DNA from: Tubulanus polymorphus | Taxonomy: Eukaryota; Animalia; Nemertea | Reading direction: 5' to 3' | Assembly (NCBI RefSeq): GCF_964204645.1 | Contig: NC_134029.1 | Location: 7,714,850-7,778,849 of the forward strand | Length of the DNA: 64,000 nucleotides | The notes under the pieces: model-generated | What the model saw: only the letters and a program-made list of their open reading frames with translations | Database searches by the model: none | What the model was told of the DNA's origin: nothing | Program-made: the position numbers and the translations under genes | Part shown: piece after piece, positions 1 to 13,665 of the stretch | Numbering within the stretch: position 1 is the first letter of the stretch | Layout: each line of letters starts with the position of its first letter

Positions 1-160
1 AGATCTGTAACGTGAATTTCGTGATGTTATTGAACGAATTTGTGACTTTAATTTGAGCAAATTTCATTTCATCTTAATAGCAGGATGTTAAGGTGCGAAT
101 GTGCGTATTCGAGAGTGGCGCTATAGGAACTAAGAAACTACTTGCAAACTACTTGAAACT

Positions 161-460
161 ACGAACGAACGAACGAACGAACGAACGAACGAACGAACGA
201 ACGAACGAACGAACGAACGAACGAACGAACGAACGAACGAACGAACGAACGAACGAACGAACGAACGAACGAACGAACGAACGAACGAACGAACGAACGA
301 ACGAACGAACGAACGAACGAACGAACGAACGAACGAACGAACGAACGAACGAACGAACGAACGAACGAACGAACGAACGAACGAACGAACGAACGAACGA
401 ACGAACGAACGAACGAACGAACGAACGAACGAACGAACGAACGAACGAACGAACGAACGA
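161..460. repeat. Perfect (ACGA)n tetranucleotide microsatellite, ~75 units
   Basis: Uninterrupted acga repeat from 161 to 460; it generates the RTNE/SFVR ORFs in the track. Confidence 0.99.
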
Positions 461-3274
461 GCAACAAAGCGGAAATTCGGCTTACTTGGCATGAAAGAAT
501 GACCAGAAAGTACCATGAACAAAACGCTAAAGAAATCTAATATAACAGAGGTCGTCGAGTTGGTAAGAACGGCGGGAAACAATGCCAGAAGCCACCACAG
601 TACCGGAGTAGTATCTGAGAAATTGCGATCTCTTTATACATGCTTTTTTCGGGTACAATCAAATACGATGACGTGATAGTCGAAAGAAAGCTATAAACAG
701 GGACCGAGTAACAGAATGTATTTAGCGTACAAAAGGGGAAAGTAGGTCAGGGAAATGAGACTGGCCTGCATGTTAAGATATTATGAGGCAAAGCTGGGAG
801 CCGACAGTCTCTAGTTGAAAATATCAAATTAACAATGAATGAATAATATATAAAACCACTCGAAATGTGACCAAGATGACCAAAAGCGTAGTTGATTGAT
901 TGCTTGTAAAACCTCATGTTACAACCCGCGTAGGTTGCATTACTGTAGTTAAAGTGTCTGCCATATGTTAATAGAAATAACGTTTCAGTTAATCAGGATG
1001 CCACGTCTCACTGAAACTCTACGACAGCACAATCACCAAACCGTCGGAAATCATCGCACATCATCTCAGTCGTGCAAACTTCCAGCAGATAAAAGTTCAC
1101 GTCAGTGCGATCTAATAAGAAATTACGGGCACACACCTATTACGTAGATTGCATATCTAACCAAACGACTGACTGTCACTGAGAGAGGGGGAGGGGGACG
1201 GAAATAATGATTCTACTTTCATAAACGGCCAGGTTGTGTGAAGTGGCGTCGGTATCGTGTTGAAGTACCGGTGCTTTGGTCGCCGACTAATTTATATAAT
1301 AGCCCCCACTCCATTACTTGGCAAATGAACAGCGCCTACTTGGAATAGTAGAGCTGTAAATATGCATATGCGTATACAAACTATACGCACCAGGGGTGTT
1401 TCAGAAAAATATTAAGATGATTGACCATAAACAATGTCGCCGTTATGACATAAATTCTACAAACGTTTTTCATCGGCATACTTTAATCTGTTTCCGAATC
1501 AGAGAATGCGAAAAAGTATTTTGCCGATTTTCACCATGTCGACGTTTAACTGTTTTTCCTGGCAGGGACTAGAATCTGATTGGGGATTCTACATAACATG
1601 TTGCGCAAGATGAAATATCATCTGCCGCATTTCTTTATTGATAAAACACTGAGACAAAAAACAAACAAACAAAAAATCTATTCCAATAAAGAATCGAGCG
1701 ATATAGAACGCTGCGATCAGATTTGTCGGTTCTATCGTACATGAGATATTGATATGGTCTCAGTTCACAGGGGGGAAATCTGTATTTTTTCTGCGCTCGC
1801 ATTTGAGATCGGAAAAAAACCTCCCAGACGTCATGTAAAAAGCGGGTCTGCAGTCGGAGACGCCCACTGTTCGTTAGAAGCCGAGTTTACTAAGCGTATG
1901 ATTTATGGTCGTTCGATTTGTCTTTCTTTTCTTTTGCAATAAAGGATGATACGCACCGTGTCTTCCTCCCAGTATATTCTCCAGTAAATCATTAAATCTT
2001 TATCCCAAAGCGAAATCATTATTAGGAATGAAAACTTCGCCGGTATCGAGGTATTTACAATTAATATTGTGTATGTGGGACAATCACAGGTCCATACCAG
2101 AAAACTCAAATTCTCTAGGTTTTTTTTAAGCCCAACGCATACGACGCAGGGAAACGTGTGAGTTGGATTTTCGCTATTGGTTATATGATAGCCATCCCAT
2201 TTCTAAATATGTATTTCACCACACACAACATCGATTTCATCGCGGTAACCAATGGGGGTACCCACTGCGCTACTGTGGCAAATGAGGATTCCGCGTATGG
2301 CAGTCGAGGGTTCGCTAGTAGATAATTGATCTTCCGCGTTCGATTTCTTCTACATTACGAACAAATCTGAATGAACTTTTCTCTCAAATGAATCGATTAT
2401 TTATATACCGATATTCGAGTAGAAGAATGGACACATTTTATATCTGGTGGGTGCTGTGATATTGGATTGGGGAGTGAAAAATTCAGTTCAAAGTTTATTG
2501 AAATTCATTATTCATTATTCATTATTTTAGTACTTTAGAGAAATATTACTTAAACTAGTTTTTTAATAATATGATTTTAGTGCGTAATACAATAGCTACG
2601 TGTCTATCGTCTAAAACGCAATAAACGCCCGTGAAGTGGATACGGTAGGTTTTATGGGCTCTACATAAATATTCTAGCGATATTTCATTTCACAAGATGA
2701 CGATGGCGCTACAGCTAACATTATCGATTCATCTATACGTGTATATATAGAATTGCTAGTTGAAATTGACAGGACGTACATATGCACCTCATCAATTCAA
2801 CACTCTATTACTGGAAGTTGATGGCTTTAAAATGATATGTACATGCTGCTATGATTTATATGTAACGGATCTAGTATTAGGGATCGTATTTGACTTGATC
2901 ATCTCTATTTGAGTGTCTTTCGGACGTATGACTATGCATTTATTTCTGAACAAATGAGATTCGAATTGGAACTACAATTTCCCAAGCCTTTCGGAGCGAC
3001 CAAGCTGGTTTCGGAAAGACACCACGAGTCTATGGAGATTCTTCTTATATTTTTGCTAATAAATTACAACAAAAACCCACTTTTTCAGTCCAATACTAAA
3101 AAAACAACATCACAATTACAGCAGGCCACAGTTACAAACCTCAGAGTAATTGGCTTTTCTTAATGTTGTATCAGCTCGGAAATGGCATGTGTCAGGTAAC
3201 AACAGTGCGTTGGTTAAGTTGCTGTTTTTGTATCGAACGTGTTACCCTGTTTCCGTGTTCACTTAGCTCTGTTA

Positions 3275-3412
3275 AGGCCCGGGCACACTGGGCGATTTAG
3301 TCGCCCGATTTCGTCGCCCGACGAAATCGCCGGTAAAATCGCCCAGTGTGTCCGGGCAATCGCCTTCGGCGATTTAGTCGGCCGACGAAATCGCCCAGTG
3401 TGTCCGCGGCTT
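3275..3412. mobile_element. PIF/Harbinger-type MITE
   Basis: Termini AGGCCCGGGCACACTGGGCGATTT and AAATCGCCCAGTGTGTCCGCGGCTT are imperfect inverted repeats; internally palindromic; flanked by TTA on both sides. Confidence 0.7.
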
Positions 3413-6400
3413 TTACCCCGCCGCACAAGATGCGTACGCAAAGCCTGTACACAGCGCGGAAAGGAGCTCTGCAGCAAGCCGTATGCACACATTTTGACCG
3501 TGGAAGATATGTAGTATTCACTATATCAGACTCGTGCTTAAGGGGAGGGGAGGGGGTGTTCGGACAAACCCCCCACACTCGCTACCTCGTCCGATCTAGT
3601 GTCACCAGTAACCGGTCGCATTGGGTCGTAATCAGCTTGGGCAACAGGCATTGTGTGATTCGATGATCAATAGATACCTCATCAACATTGGCGCTTAAAA
3701 AAACAACGATTGACCAATTTTGCCATTCATTTTGTATTTAAAAATATTATATGACTCATATCTTTTATAACCTTTCATGTCTAGAAGTATCATACGTGAT
3801 ATATTAGGGCTAGACTCGCCGGTCAATTCAATTCAATTGGCGATATGTTCCAATTCAAAATAACTTTATTGATCCTTAGTATTATATCGTATTATTCATT
3901 GCCAATGATATTAAACAATGTGCATTCGTTATCTTTCTTCAAGGCATCAATAAACTGGCAAGTTAGTTTTCCGGTCTATATGTCGGATCAGGCAAGGATA
4001 GGTTTCGAATCTCGGCTCCCTCGGTTTACACACACACCACATTACGTCGTAGAGTTACGTGCGCCTTCCGTTATCCTCGGCGCAAGTACAAGTTTATTTG
4101 AATATAAATGGATCTTCTTTCCCTGCGACTTCTCCTTCGCAAAAAATCCAGACTGAGGATCTTAGAAGGGGAAATCACTATTTAGTACCTTAAGAAAAGA
4201 TTATTTCTTTGGGACGCAGCTTAAAAATATTCTCCTAAGCACTTCACACCTAAAATGCTAGATTGTTTGTGCTCGTTCAACAAGAACCAATTCCAATAAT
4301 TTGTAACGTGACAGATTTTCGATTGCCAGTCACCGAGATAAGAGGGTTGGGTTGCAATAAAATCCCACTTGCCCGACCATGATAAATAATCGCCAATTTC
4401 GCTCAAGCGGCGCCGACAATAAATATTAAATCAGATGCGGTAATTTTGTCAGCGTTTCACTTTACATAGAGTCTGTCGTCGCCACGAAGAAAATGCAATC
4501 ATTAAGGAGAATTTGTTTTTGCAAGAAAATACGATCTGAAATCAAACCGTGGTTCGCTAGCGAGGTACCTGGGGTATAACGTGGGTACTACATTTAACAC
4601 CAGTTTCTTACGACAGTTGAAAAATGTATTCGCAAATACGAAATGAAGAATTTGACTTTATCATTGTTATTATTAAGTACATATTCAATGGGTGATAGTG
4701 ATTAGCAAGCGAGAACTAATAAGGAACTTTCTCGAGTAACCGTCTTCGAGAAATAAGTATCGTTGACGTTTTTTGCAGAAAATCGTAACTCGCGTATTTA
4801 CACCCAAAACGCATATATGGAATACTTAGAATGTGCGAAACTATTGGAATCAGAAAATCGTTTAAGGCGAAGTTCGATGGATATAGTTGGCAGTACCATG
4901 ATACTGAAACTACGGCACTACAATGGTAGTTCCATGGTATTAGTTAACAAGGAAACTGACTTTGATGAAGTTTATTGACGCTTTGAAATATAACACATAT
5001 ATTGCTTGATGTATTTTCGACAACGAATATTATAATATAAAATCATATAATATCAAGGATCAGTAGAGTTCAATTTTAATATATCTATAATTGAATTGAA
5101 TTAACCGGTAACCAGTCTAGCCACGATATATTGATGACATAGTGCGCATCCTCCAAAAGATGAAAACAAATACTGATCAAATTAGGAATAAGTCATGATT
5201 ACAAAATAAACGCCAGAATTCAAAATTGTGATTGTTATTTGAAACGCCAATATTGATGACACACCGACTACCACAGAACCCCTTAAATAACACACAGTGG
5301 GTATCAATGTATATTAACAATTGGCTATTGAAATACAGTAAACATGGCCGAGAGGCTGGGTCACAGCTTGGCAATGTTGCAGGCCTACAAATATACAATT
5401 CGATTTAAATGATGACTCAAGTCTGAACTCGGTTGCTGGGAAAGGTAAGACCCCTCAAAGAGCAAGAGCAAGATAAGATGAGTAATTGTGTTACTCTCCT
5501 ACGGCGTTTCGATTTTCAATTTCACTCAAACCAAACAGAGATATTAGAGGGACAACACACAATTTACAAATCTAATAACACGTTTGAAAAATTACAAATT
5601 CAATAACACAATTTAAATGTTAAACAAAAAAAAACAACAACAGAAATAACAAGGGTAACTTATTAGGGCTATATACATACAAAGAGATATACTATCGAAT
5701 AGAACACTAATACTAATGAGAACAATTATTCGGTAGACGAATGCAATTTCTTAATTAATTGCGAAATTCTGCAAGATCTTTAGGTGAGTGAGTAATATGA
5801 TCAACGAGTACAATTTCAAAATAACGATCATTCGGAACTTCAGCAAAGAATTCTCTTCCCAATACAAGGGACAGTGAGCAATAGAATGTGATTCGTTAGA
5901 AATAACCCTCACGGCATGTGACTATCATCCCATCTACTGGCGAAACGGAGAACTAATAGAATCATATTTGGATAGTATCAAACTTTTGATTAAACAAATT
6001 TAAAACAAATACGTGAATTCAGTTAATGAATATATGATTATCATATAATCGATAGATTTTCTTATTAATTAATTAATTCGCTCATTGAATGAATTATCCT
6101 TACCATATTCCTTTGAAACATCTAAAACGACCCATCCACGAATCTTTCGTTACCATTAGAAAAAAACCCTGACAGATCAAATTATTTCAGGTTTCTCTCG
6201 TGCAAGTCTCTGACAGTATCAGATATGGCTGTATAGTTACTTCTTCGTTGTCGGCAGTTTGCCCGTTTCAGAACGATATCACAACGCTGCGCACAGTATA
6301 CATTTCTACCGGGAGCGCTTTAAGTAGTCTTTGTTCGCGATTCAGTCTGTAATCATGGCTGTATTTCAACTTGCAAGTGGGGCTTATAGATAACGTCGAT

Positions 6401-6649
6401 AGAATATCATCAAAAAGACATTAGGCAATTTTGAACGATATATGTTCTGCGTGCTTTTTCGTATGGTTGAGTCAATTTTAGTAGGCCTAGCCTATCCGAT
6501 GGATTGCTATACATGTTGATCGCTTAATATACATGTAATGACAGGGATAATCAGAATACAGTGTAGATCAGAATGGATCGGCATGGAAAAACTGAAATTT
6601 TAATTTCAAATTCTATGAATTCAATTATGAGGAAGAATTTCATGGAAGC

Positions 6650-7326
6650 CATAAATGATCATTTGAAAATGATGTTTTATAGACTTATACATAAATTTTT
6701 GTCAGGATATACCATGATGTGGTTCATCCTACTTTGTTTTCGGTAGCGATAGAATCTTCGAAAGCATGGATAATTACACATTTGAAGTACGGTGGCTGAT
6801 TCGAACCATACTAGAAATGGCCTAAACGCACGATATTTTACTTCAAATGAACGCAAATTCTTATTTTTTGCATTAGAAATCAAAGCTTTATCGATGTCGC
6901 GCGCGTGAAAACAAAAACTTGTTATTGCATGTTCAATCCTCCGATTTTCTGTACGGCTCAACAGATGATAATTTTTGTGTGCGAACGTAATGTTTTTGAT
7001 TTACTTGTGCGAGGAATGAAAACGTTTGCTTTTCTCACGGCGATGACTCAAAAATGTTTACGAAAGCATTCCATACCTATTATGAATTGAATTTTCGAGG
7101 TTAATTCCGAGTATATAACTCGGAATATGAGACAACTGTTTTATTCCGAGTTGCAAACTCGGAATTAACCTCGAAAATATTAGAAATACGAATGCCCCAG
7201 TAGTGATTGATTTCTAACGAGTGAAAACAAAATTGCGTACATTTTAAGATTGATTTTTTCTATCGTGCAACTAGCCGTACAGAAACACCTTTCAGTACGG
7301 CCTAGCCAGCAATAGTAAAGCGCTAT
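6650..7326. mobile_element. Non-autonomous DNA element (possibly Crypton-like) with nested palindromes; boundaries approximate
   Basis: Compound palindrome at 7091-7178; right end CTAGCCGTACAGAA...ATAGTAAAGCGCTA resembles the right end of 55460-56038. Family assignment is inference. Confidence 0.35.
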
Positions 7327-9052
7327 GTTGTGTCACATGCGTTTCTTTTATTCGCCGACGCCTCTTCTCGACGCTCAAGAGACACCGCAAATAACCGCAG
7401 TCAAGATGAATGATAATCGGGTGGGTGTGTTTAAAGTTGAGGCTATCTAGTTGTTCTCGCTTAATGTTCGCCTCCTGCGGAGTGTGTTCTGAAGAATTGA
7501 AACTGGATATATGGAGAAACGTTCAACATCGCACTGTTATGACTGCGGCTTAATTAAGATTATAAGCCTTAGAGCCATACCAACCACCTAACAATTAAAT
7601 CGCATCTTCATCGTTGCGTTGGCGAGGGTCTCCGTTGGACTCGTCGCAAACCTCGGTTACTGGAGGCTCTAGAAATTGAAACGCCTCGCTTGTTCTATAC
7701 GGTCTTAAATATCCTAAATTGAAGCTCATTTTTCGCCTACATGAATATTCAATTTGATCCCCAACTAAGCTTTATCTCACGGTTCGTTTACTGCAGATTT
7801 TACGCGCATGTATCGTACACAGCGCCATCAAATTATCACCTCGGAAAACAAACAGTGAAACAGTACACCACGGGTAGGGATTGTTTCACCTTATCTCATA
7901 ACAAAAAAAACTTGAAACTTACTCCTACCATACCGAATCATTTTCCTTTTACAGCCTTTGACTTTTAGTATTTTATTTTGCAGGAGTGCCCAGGAAAAGT
8001 TGGCGCATAGCTATAGGGATCGGTAAACATCTCGTTGAATGAAAGGAACATCTCTCATTTCATCAGCGATAATTCATTATGAATTTGCGGGGGGTCTGTC
8101 TTCTGGTATTGTCGTGTTCATTCAAAGTCAGGTCGATATACAACAACAGTCGGGCACCAAGGATTACTTTTTCACGCTTCCGTTCAAAAAATACCACACC
8201 GACAAATTACGTAGGTTTACTTTCTACAATCGAATGTTTGCACGAAGGAAACAAATATCTGGTGTCTTAAGAGTTTGTTTCGAATCTATTTTCTAATATC
8301 TTTGTCCCGAACCCGCTTCTCGAACGACGATTTATTAAAATTGAAAGTCACGGTTACCGTTATGAAGTAACGAAGACTTGACAACGTGATCATTATCGGG
8401 CTAAATATAATCTCGCGGCGATATGATGCATCCATAATACTGATGATCTTTAAATGAGCGGAGATGTCTTGCTCCTCCATGATTGCCAGAGCAGGTGCGC
8501 AAAACGTCCGCGCACGGACTAATCACCATGGATACAAAGTAAAACGAGTTGACATAAACGTCACAAAGATTGAAATAACAATAATTTGGCAGACGAATGA
8601 TGGAAACGTGGTAGAACTAATTGATGGTTACGAGTGACAGTCGTTCCGGCTCTTAAAGTTAACTTAGGCGAAGAGAATGCTACATAAACACGTAGCATGA
8701 CATCCCGGCAGTCTCACGAACAGAATGATGAGGGTAAAACACGATTCGAACCGACGGTCAGCAACGATAAGAAACTATACGCAAACAATCAACCGGGTAT
8801 TGCGGACTGCCATTTTGCAGCCGCGTACATCTGGGTTAGTCTAATTTGAGTCCAAAAACTGTAAATTTATTTCAGATATTACGTTATGAAGACTATTTTA
8901 CAGTTACTATAGCCACCATTTTGTTATTGTACAATACCAGCGGACAAATTTCGTCATGGTATATATTGTTGGGTCATTCTTTCGAGGCTTTCAATGATGA
9001 AGAGTTTGAGATATTTTCACGATTGATAGAACACTATATCCGTGTTGACGCG

Positions 9053-9374
9053 ATGTAGAGAGAATCCCACAATTATAACGAAAAAGTCCGAAAATGAAAC
9101 TTCGAGATAGTAGTTTATTTCGCTTAGTTTGCTTCCCTTTAATCTATTCTAGCGTGTAACTGTTTCTACGTTAATTTTCCTTTAGTTTGTATCATCTCTG
9201 ATTACTTGAATTAGTCTCTTTGTCTCTGGATTGTATATATATCTCATAATTTTTGTAGTTTCTCATTATCCCTGAAGATGACTATTAGGATATAGTCGAA
9301 ACGTTGAAATAAACTACTATCTCGAAGTTTCATTTTCGGACTTTTTCGTTATAATCGTGGGATTCTCTCTACAT
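9053..9374 (+). mobile_element. Penelope-like non-autonomous unit with 69-bp inverted arms and an internal hammerhead motif
   Basis: 9053-9121 is the reverse complement of 9306-9374 (1 mismatch); a hammerhead core precedes the right arm, which contains AATAAA and a GTGGGATT tail motif. Confidence 0.7.
9266..9312 (+). ncRNA. Minimal type-I hammerhead ribozyme motif, stem I weakened
   Basis: CTGAAGA-T-GACTAT(TAGGAT)ATAGTC-GAAA-CG-TT; 6-bp stem II; stem I (ttatcc/gaaataa) pairs poorly. Confidence 0.6.
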
Positions 9375-11017
9375 TGAGATATTTTCGTTTCTATCTTCAT
9401 TCAATGCAGAGATATGAACGAAATCGAAATATAGGGGCAACAAATTCAACAATGTACCGACAAACATGGCGCCTGGAAACTGCAGGAACAACTTGGCAGA
9501 GAACATAGTTACAGATTGCATCGTATTTGTAATACCGTCTGTATATCGGGGGTAAATTCAATAACTCAACAAGCGATTTGTACTCGAAACGCTGGAACAA
9601 TAATAATCACACCGATTTCCAACAGTTTGCTCAGTACCAGGGATGCTCCGCTCGAAATTCACATTAATTTCTTGATTTACCGCCGAGATCGCGTTATGTT
9701 GACACTTGAACATACAATACACGTGGCAATCACACGTTTAATGTAAAGTAACGATATATGGATCCAAATTTCTTGCGATAAATCGCCATGCCAATCTTTT
9801 TACATTTCTTCGCCATAAATCACGGTCGAAATACAATAACTATCAGTTTTTAATTTCAAAAGGGAAAGGGGGTAAATAATCGATTGTCGGAAGATAGCTT
9901 ATTTGAAAATGAATGAAAGATGGTGTCAGTGAGAAACTGTATAGGACGAAAAGTATCTTGTGTATTTGTGTAACTTCTAGAAGTTTTGTCGATACGTTTT
10001 AGTTGCTTGATTTTCATAATCAGCGCAACATGTGTTTCTGAATTGCAAAATACTGAGTCAAGATTTAAAAATACTGTAAGAAAACATCCTATTCCCGGAA
10101 AAATTCTATACACAATTTGATGAGCAATATTGAACACATTAAGCAGCGGCCATTTTGTGTCCCCGATACCCCGAGTATCCATACGAGTATCCATACACGT
10201 ATGGATATATAATATCGTATACCTATTATTGGTATCGGTTCAATCGACTGATTTATCTTGGATCGCGAAAGACCCGATATTGCAATAACTCACACGAGAT
10301 TCTTTTACGCAGGAACGATCAACGACTTTGATGTATTTTCAATATATCGAGAGATTTGATCGATCGTGTTTGCATCAGGGGCCGCCGTGTACCGGTAGAG
10401 GACATTGCACCAGTTATACTCTGATTGAAATGCGACTATTATTAGTTCATACGAACTAATTTGATAGAGAGGATTCGGAAGTACATAATTTTGTCGATTT
10501 GAATCTGAACTAATGAGTTTTGAGCCGGATTTGCGGGTAATGGCTGATGATGAACCAGTTATTGTTATCTCGTCGCTTTGTATGAGAGCCAATCGGCTAA
10601 TTACGAGCTTCGGTACTGACTAATTATGGTCCACTGATCACAGCGTAGTTTCTCCGGACAATCAGAATATAACTCTATTTCTGCGTATCTGTATGTGTTT
10701 CCACATTGATAGCCTACGTGGTTTTGTCTTCATTAGTTAACGCTGACAGTCTTCAAGAATAAAACGGACAGTCATATGCCTGATGTATGGTACCAAAATC
10801 TGTAAAACTTCACAATTGATAATTCATTTTCTAAACGGTCATATCCCTACGTGGTTAACTAATGTATCCTATCAATTCTTATAAAAATGCACGGGCATTT
10901 TCATTTGGCCACTATTGAATTAGATTCTTATACGTTAGTTGAAATGTGATTATGAAAATGGCTTTGATCAAACCACGATACGCGGAAAACCAAATAAAAA
11001 ACATTAAAAAAGCGTAC

Positions 11018-11236
11018 TTTGCTGGGGCCTACCTTCCTCGATTGATCACTGATTACGAGGATATTCGCGTTACTTACCAAAACTATACTAGCCCTGCTGT
11101 TTCTGGGTGTCGTCGAGTAGTTAGTGCCGTAACTGGATCTTCGATCACCCGTCGATGAACACAAAGAATAATCGGCCGACTTTTTCCGTGTGTTCGCCAC
11201 ACTGATACGCGATCCGACCCTGTGAATCCCGGACAT
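11018..11236 (-). CDS. Candidate coding exon (MSGIHRVGSRISVANTRKKSADY...VGPSK), product unknown
   Basis: AG at 11245-11244, ATG at 11236, open Ser/Arg-rich frame, possible phase-0 donors (AAG|GTAGGC or AAA|GTACGC at 11017). No recognisable domain. Confidence 0.3.
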
Positions 11237-12751
11237 CGTTATTCTAGATGCGATGCCGAATATTATATTCCATGTATCATATAGTTATTCTTCAACGTAG
11301 GTGGATCGTCCAACAGGTAGGTAAAGCTCGTTGTTGAAAAGTATGTATTATGCGTCGAATGAGGAGTTCGTCGTTAGGTGATTTAATAACGACGCGCGGT
11401 ATGAATTAGACGAAACGGCGCTCACACATAATTCACCGTTCCGTTCAAAGAAATTAATAATTCTTAAAAGTCACCATAAGCAAGTCGCCGATACATACCT
11501 AAGACACCGTGTCGATTGCCCATCCCACTATTGAGAAAAAAAGGAATATTTTGCGCATAAAAAGAACATCGCCAACTTTATAGCAACTCCCTCGCGCGAT
11601 ATTGCCGGTAAACTCCTAACTATATATGGAGGTCGCAGATTGAAATTGACACCTGTAAAATATTTGACACTGTTGAATGTACGTGTAAATGCGACGCCGA
11701 GAACTGACAAGCGATTTATGCGGCTTCACACTAAAACACATCCCTCATCGCTTTCTTGTATTGGATAAGGCTTCACCGTGCTCTTAGTGTTGCTGAGTTA
11801 AGCGATTCACAAGTCACGAGAGAGGTAGATGATAGATAAAAGGGGTCACGATTACATAAAATCCTTCCCAGACTAGAACAGTAGATAGCTGATGATTATT
11901 TCCTTTTAATCAATATGAAACTTAATTCCGAGTACGTTTAGCAAAGGTTCTTTTTCGTGGGCGCAGGCCGTCTCATAAAATTGTTATTATCATCGATTTA
12001 GCTGTTGACTACTGAATAAATACTGTCAATGACAAACGACTGATCTCTACTCATACCGTCTATCACATGAATATAGTACTTTACAGATTATCATAAGATA
12101 AATTTTTGACTATCAAACTATGTAAAAACCCCATTTCATAACAAAATGCCATGGGTTACGTAGCTGAATGGTAAATTTGGCAAACAGTAACGACGAATGT
12201 ACGGGTGTAGCCAGTCTATAGCAATTTAGATATCACTTTCATGACGGTCCCCATCGTATAACATCGATACAACTTAGCACAAAGGAGAAGCCAAGAAGAC
12301 GTCGATTTTTAAAGTCGTTTTCAATCCGCCTGAGATTAGCAGCTGAGACATTAAACCACGTAGATATTTCAGTCTGCTGCAATAATGTACACACGCCAAG
12401 AACACCTGACTAAAACCGCTTAAGAGAGATTAAGAGAGTCTGGGTGTTTCCAATTTGATATTTTTTCAGCATTGAGAATGTAGTGGGCCCATTCATATTT
12501 TTCATCGTTAGATTTTGTGTTCGCAATCTTCGATTTTCTTTTCGATACGTGTATTCTGATAATCTTATAGATTGACGACAAAAAACTAAGGAGAAACAAA
12601 TATAAATAGACCCAATACATTTCCAATACTAAAAAGGTCTCAAAGTCTCTGATCTATAGTTTCTGTGCTTTCAATTTGGATAATTTTCAATTAGTATACA
12701 TTGAGTTTATTGGTCGATATTTGTATTCAAATCATCATGTAGAATCGTATA

Positions 12752-13591
12752 CAGGGTGTCTCAGAAAATGTGTTACCCTTTGCCGTAAGGTAACTAATTC
12801 ATTAACTGTGATTTTAATTATTAAAATTATTTTGGGGGTAAAGTTGGTAGACCTGGATGTTTACTTGAGAATGAAATGTTGAAATGCAAAAATAAGTCAT
12901 GCATGGCTGAGCACTAGCATGTCTACTAATCACCATTAAAATGGTGTCGAACCAAATTTGCGGATTGTTCCATTGTGTACGTCTATTGTTAAATGACCAC
13001 CTGCCTGTTGGAAAATTGATTTTAAATCACAATATCATTGAATTTCACTCCTTGTGATTTTTTCCTGTCGGGATATGTAAAAACTAAGTAATTCAAAAGA
13101 CCATCAGCAGGAATCAAGGACTTAGTGTCAGGAAAGTAACAGATTTTGAGAAATACTGAATCTGATGTATCAAAACTCAACGTTGAGCTTAACTGTGCAT
13201 TGGTAAAATGATGTTGATATTGACTAAGTCCCAGAGAAGCTAAATAAGTCATGGGTACCGACAATTTTATCAAGTAGAAATTAATCTGCTTCAGTTGATT
13301 TAATTGTCTGGTCTCAAATTATGTGAAGCGAAAGCGAAACATTTATCAATGAACGTATATAATGCAATAATCCTTATCTCTTGTATTGGTTCGATTCCAT
13401 TTCAAGGACCATTCAAAAACATGGTATGCTCAGCCCTGCACGACTTATTTCTTGCATTTAAACATTCCATCCTTGAGTAAACATCCAAGTCTACCAACCT
13501 ACCCCCCACCCCCCCAAAGATTTTTTATTTCAATTAGACTTCATGAATAATTAATCTTTAAGTTACGGTAACACATTTTTGAGACACCCTG
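12752..13591 (+). mobile_element. Decayed Tc1/mariner (maT-like) DNA transposon, internally deleted
   Basis: TIR CAGGGTGTCTCA.AAAATGTGTTACC / GGTAACACATTTTTGAGACACCCTG, TA on both sides, ~180-bp imperfect inverted arms; internal TPCDFFLSGYVKTK* (13047-13091) matches the SPDLTPCDFFLWGYVK transposase motif. Confidence 0.85.
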
Positions 13592-13621
13592 TATAAGTAA
13601 ATCGATAATCTACAAGTAATT

Positions 13622-13665
13622 TTAGACTGAAGAAGGGTGGTAGCAACTACCCGAAATATTTCTAA
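13622..13665 (+). ncRNA. Minimal type-I hammerhead ribozyme motif (Penelope-type)
   Basis: TTAGA-CTGAAGA-A-GGGTGGT(AGCA)ACTACCC-GAAA-TA-TT-TCTAA: 5-bp stem I, 7-bp stem II; followed by AATAAA and a TGTGGGATTT tail. Confidence 0.8.

Noticed and set aside
93-582. ORFs with RTNE/SFVR repeats
   Set aside because: Artefacts of the stop-free (ACGA)n microsatellite.
4153-4180. CTGAGGA...GAAA possible hammerhead
   Set aside because: Stem II is poor and no stem I closes the motif.
3808-5123. Inverted GGCTAGACT..CCGGT.AATTCAATTCAATT pair as TIRs of one element
   Set aside because: No TSD and only a short, imperfect match; more likely two independent copies of a dispersed repeat.
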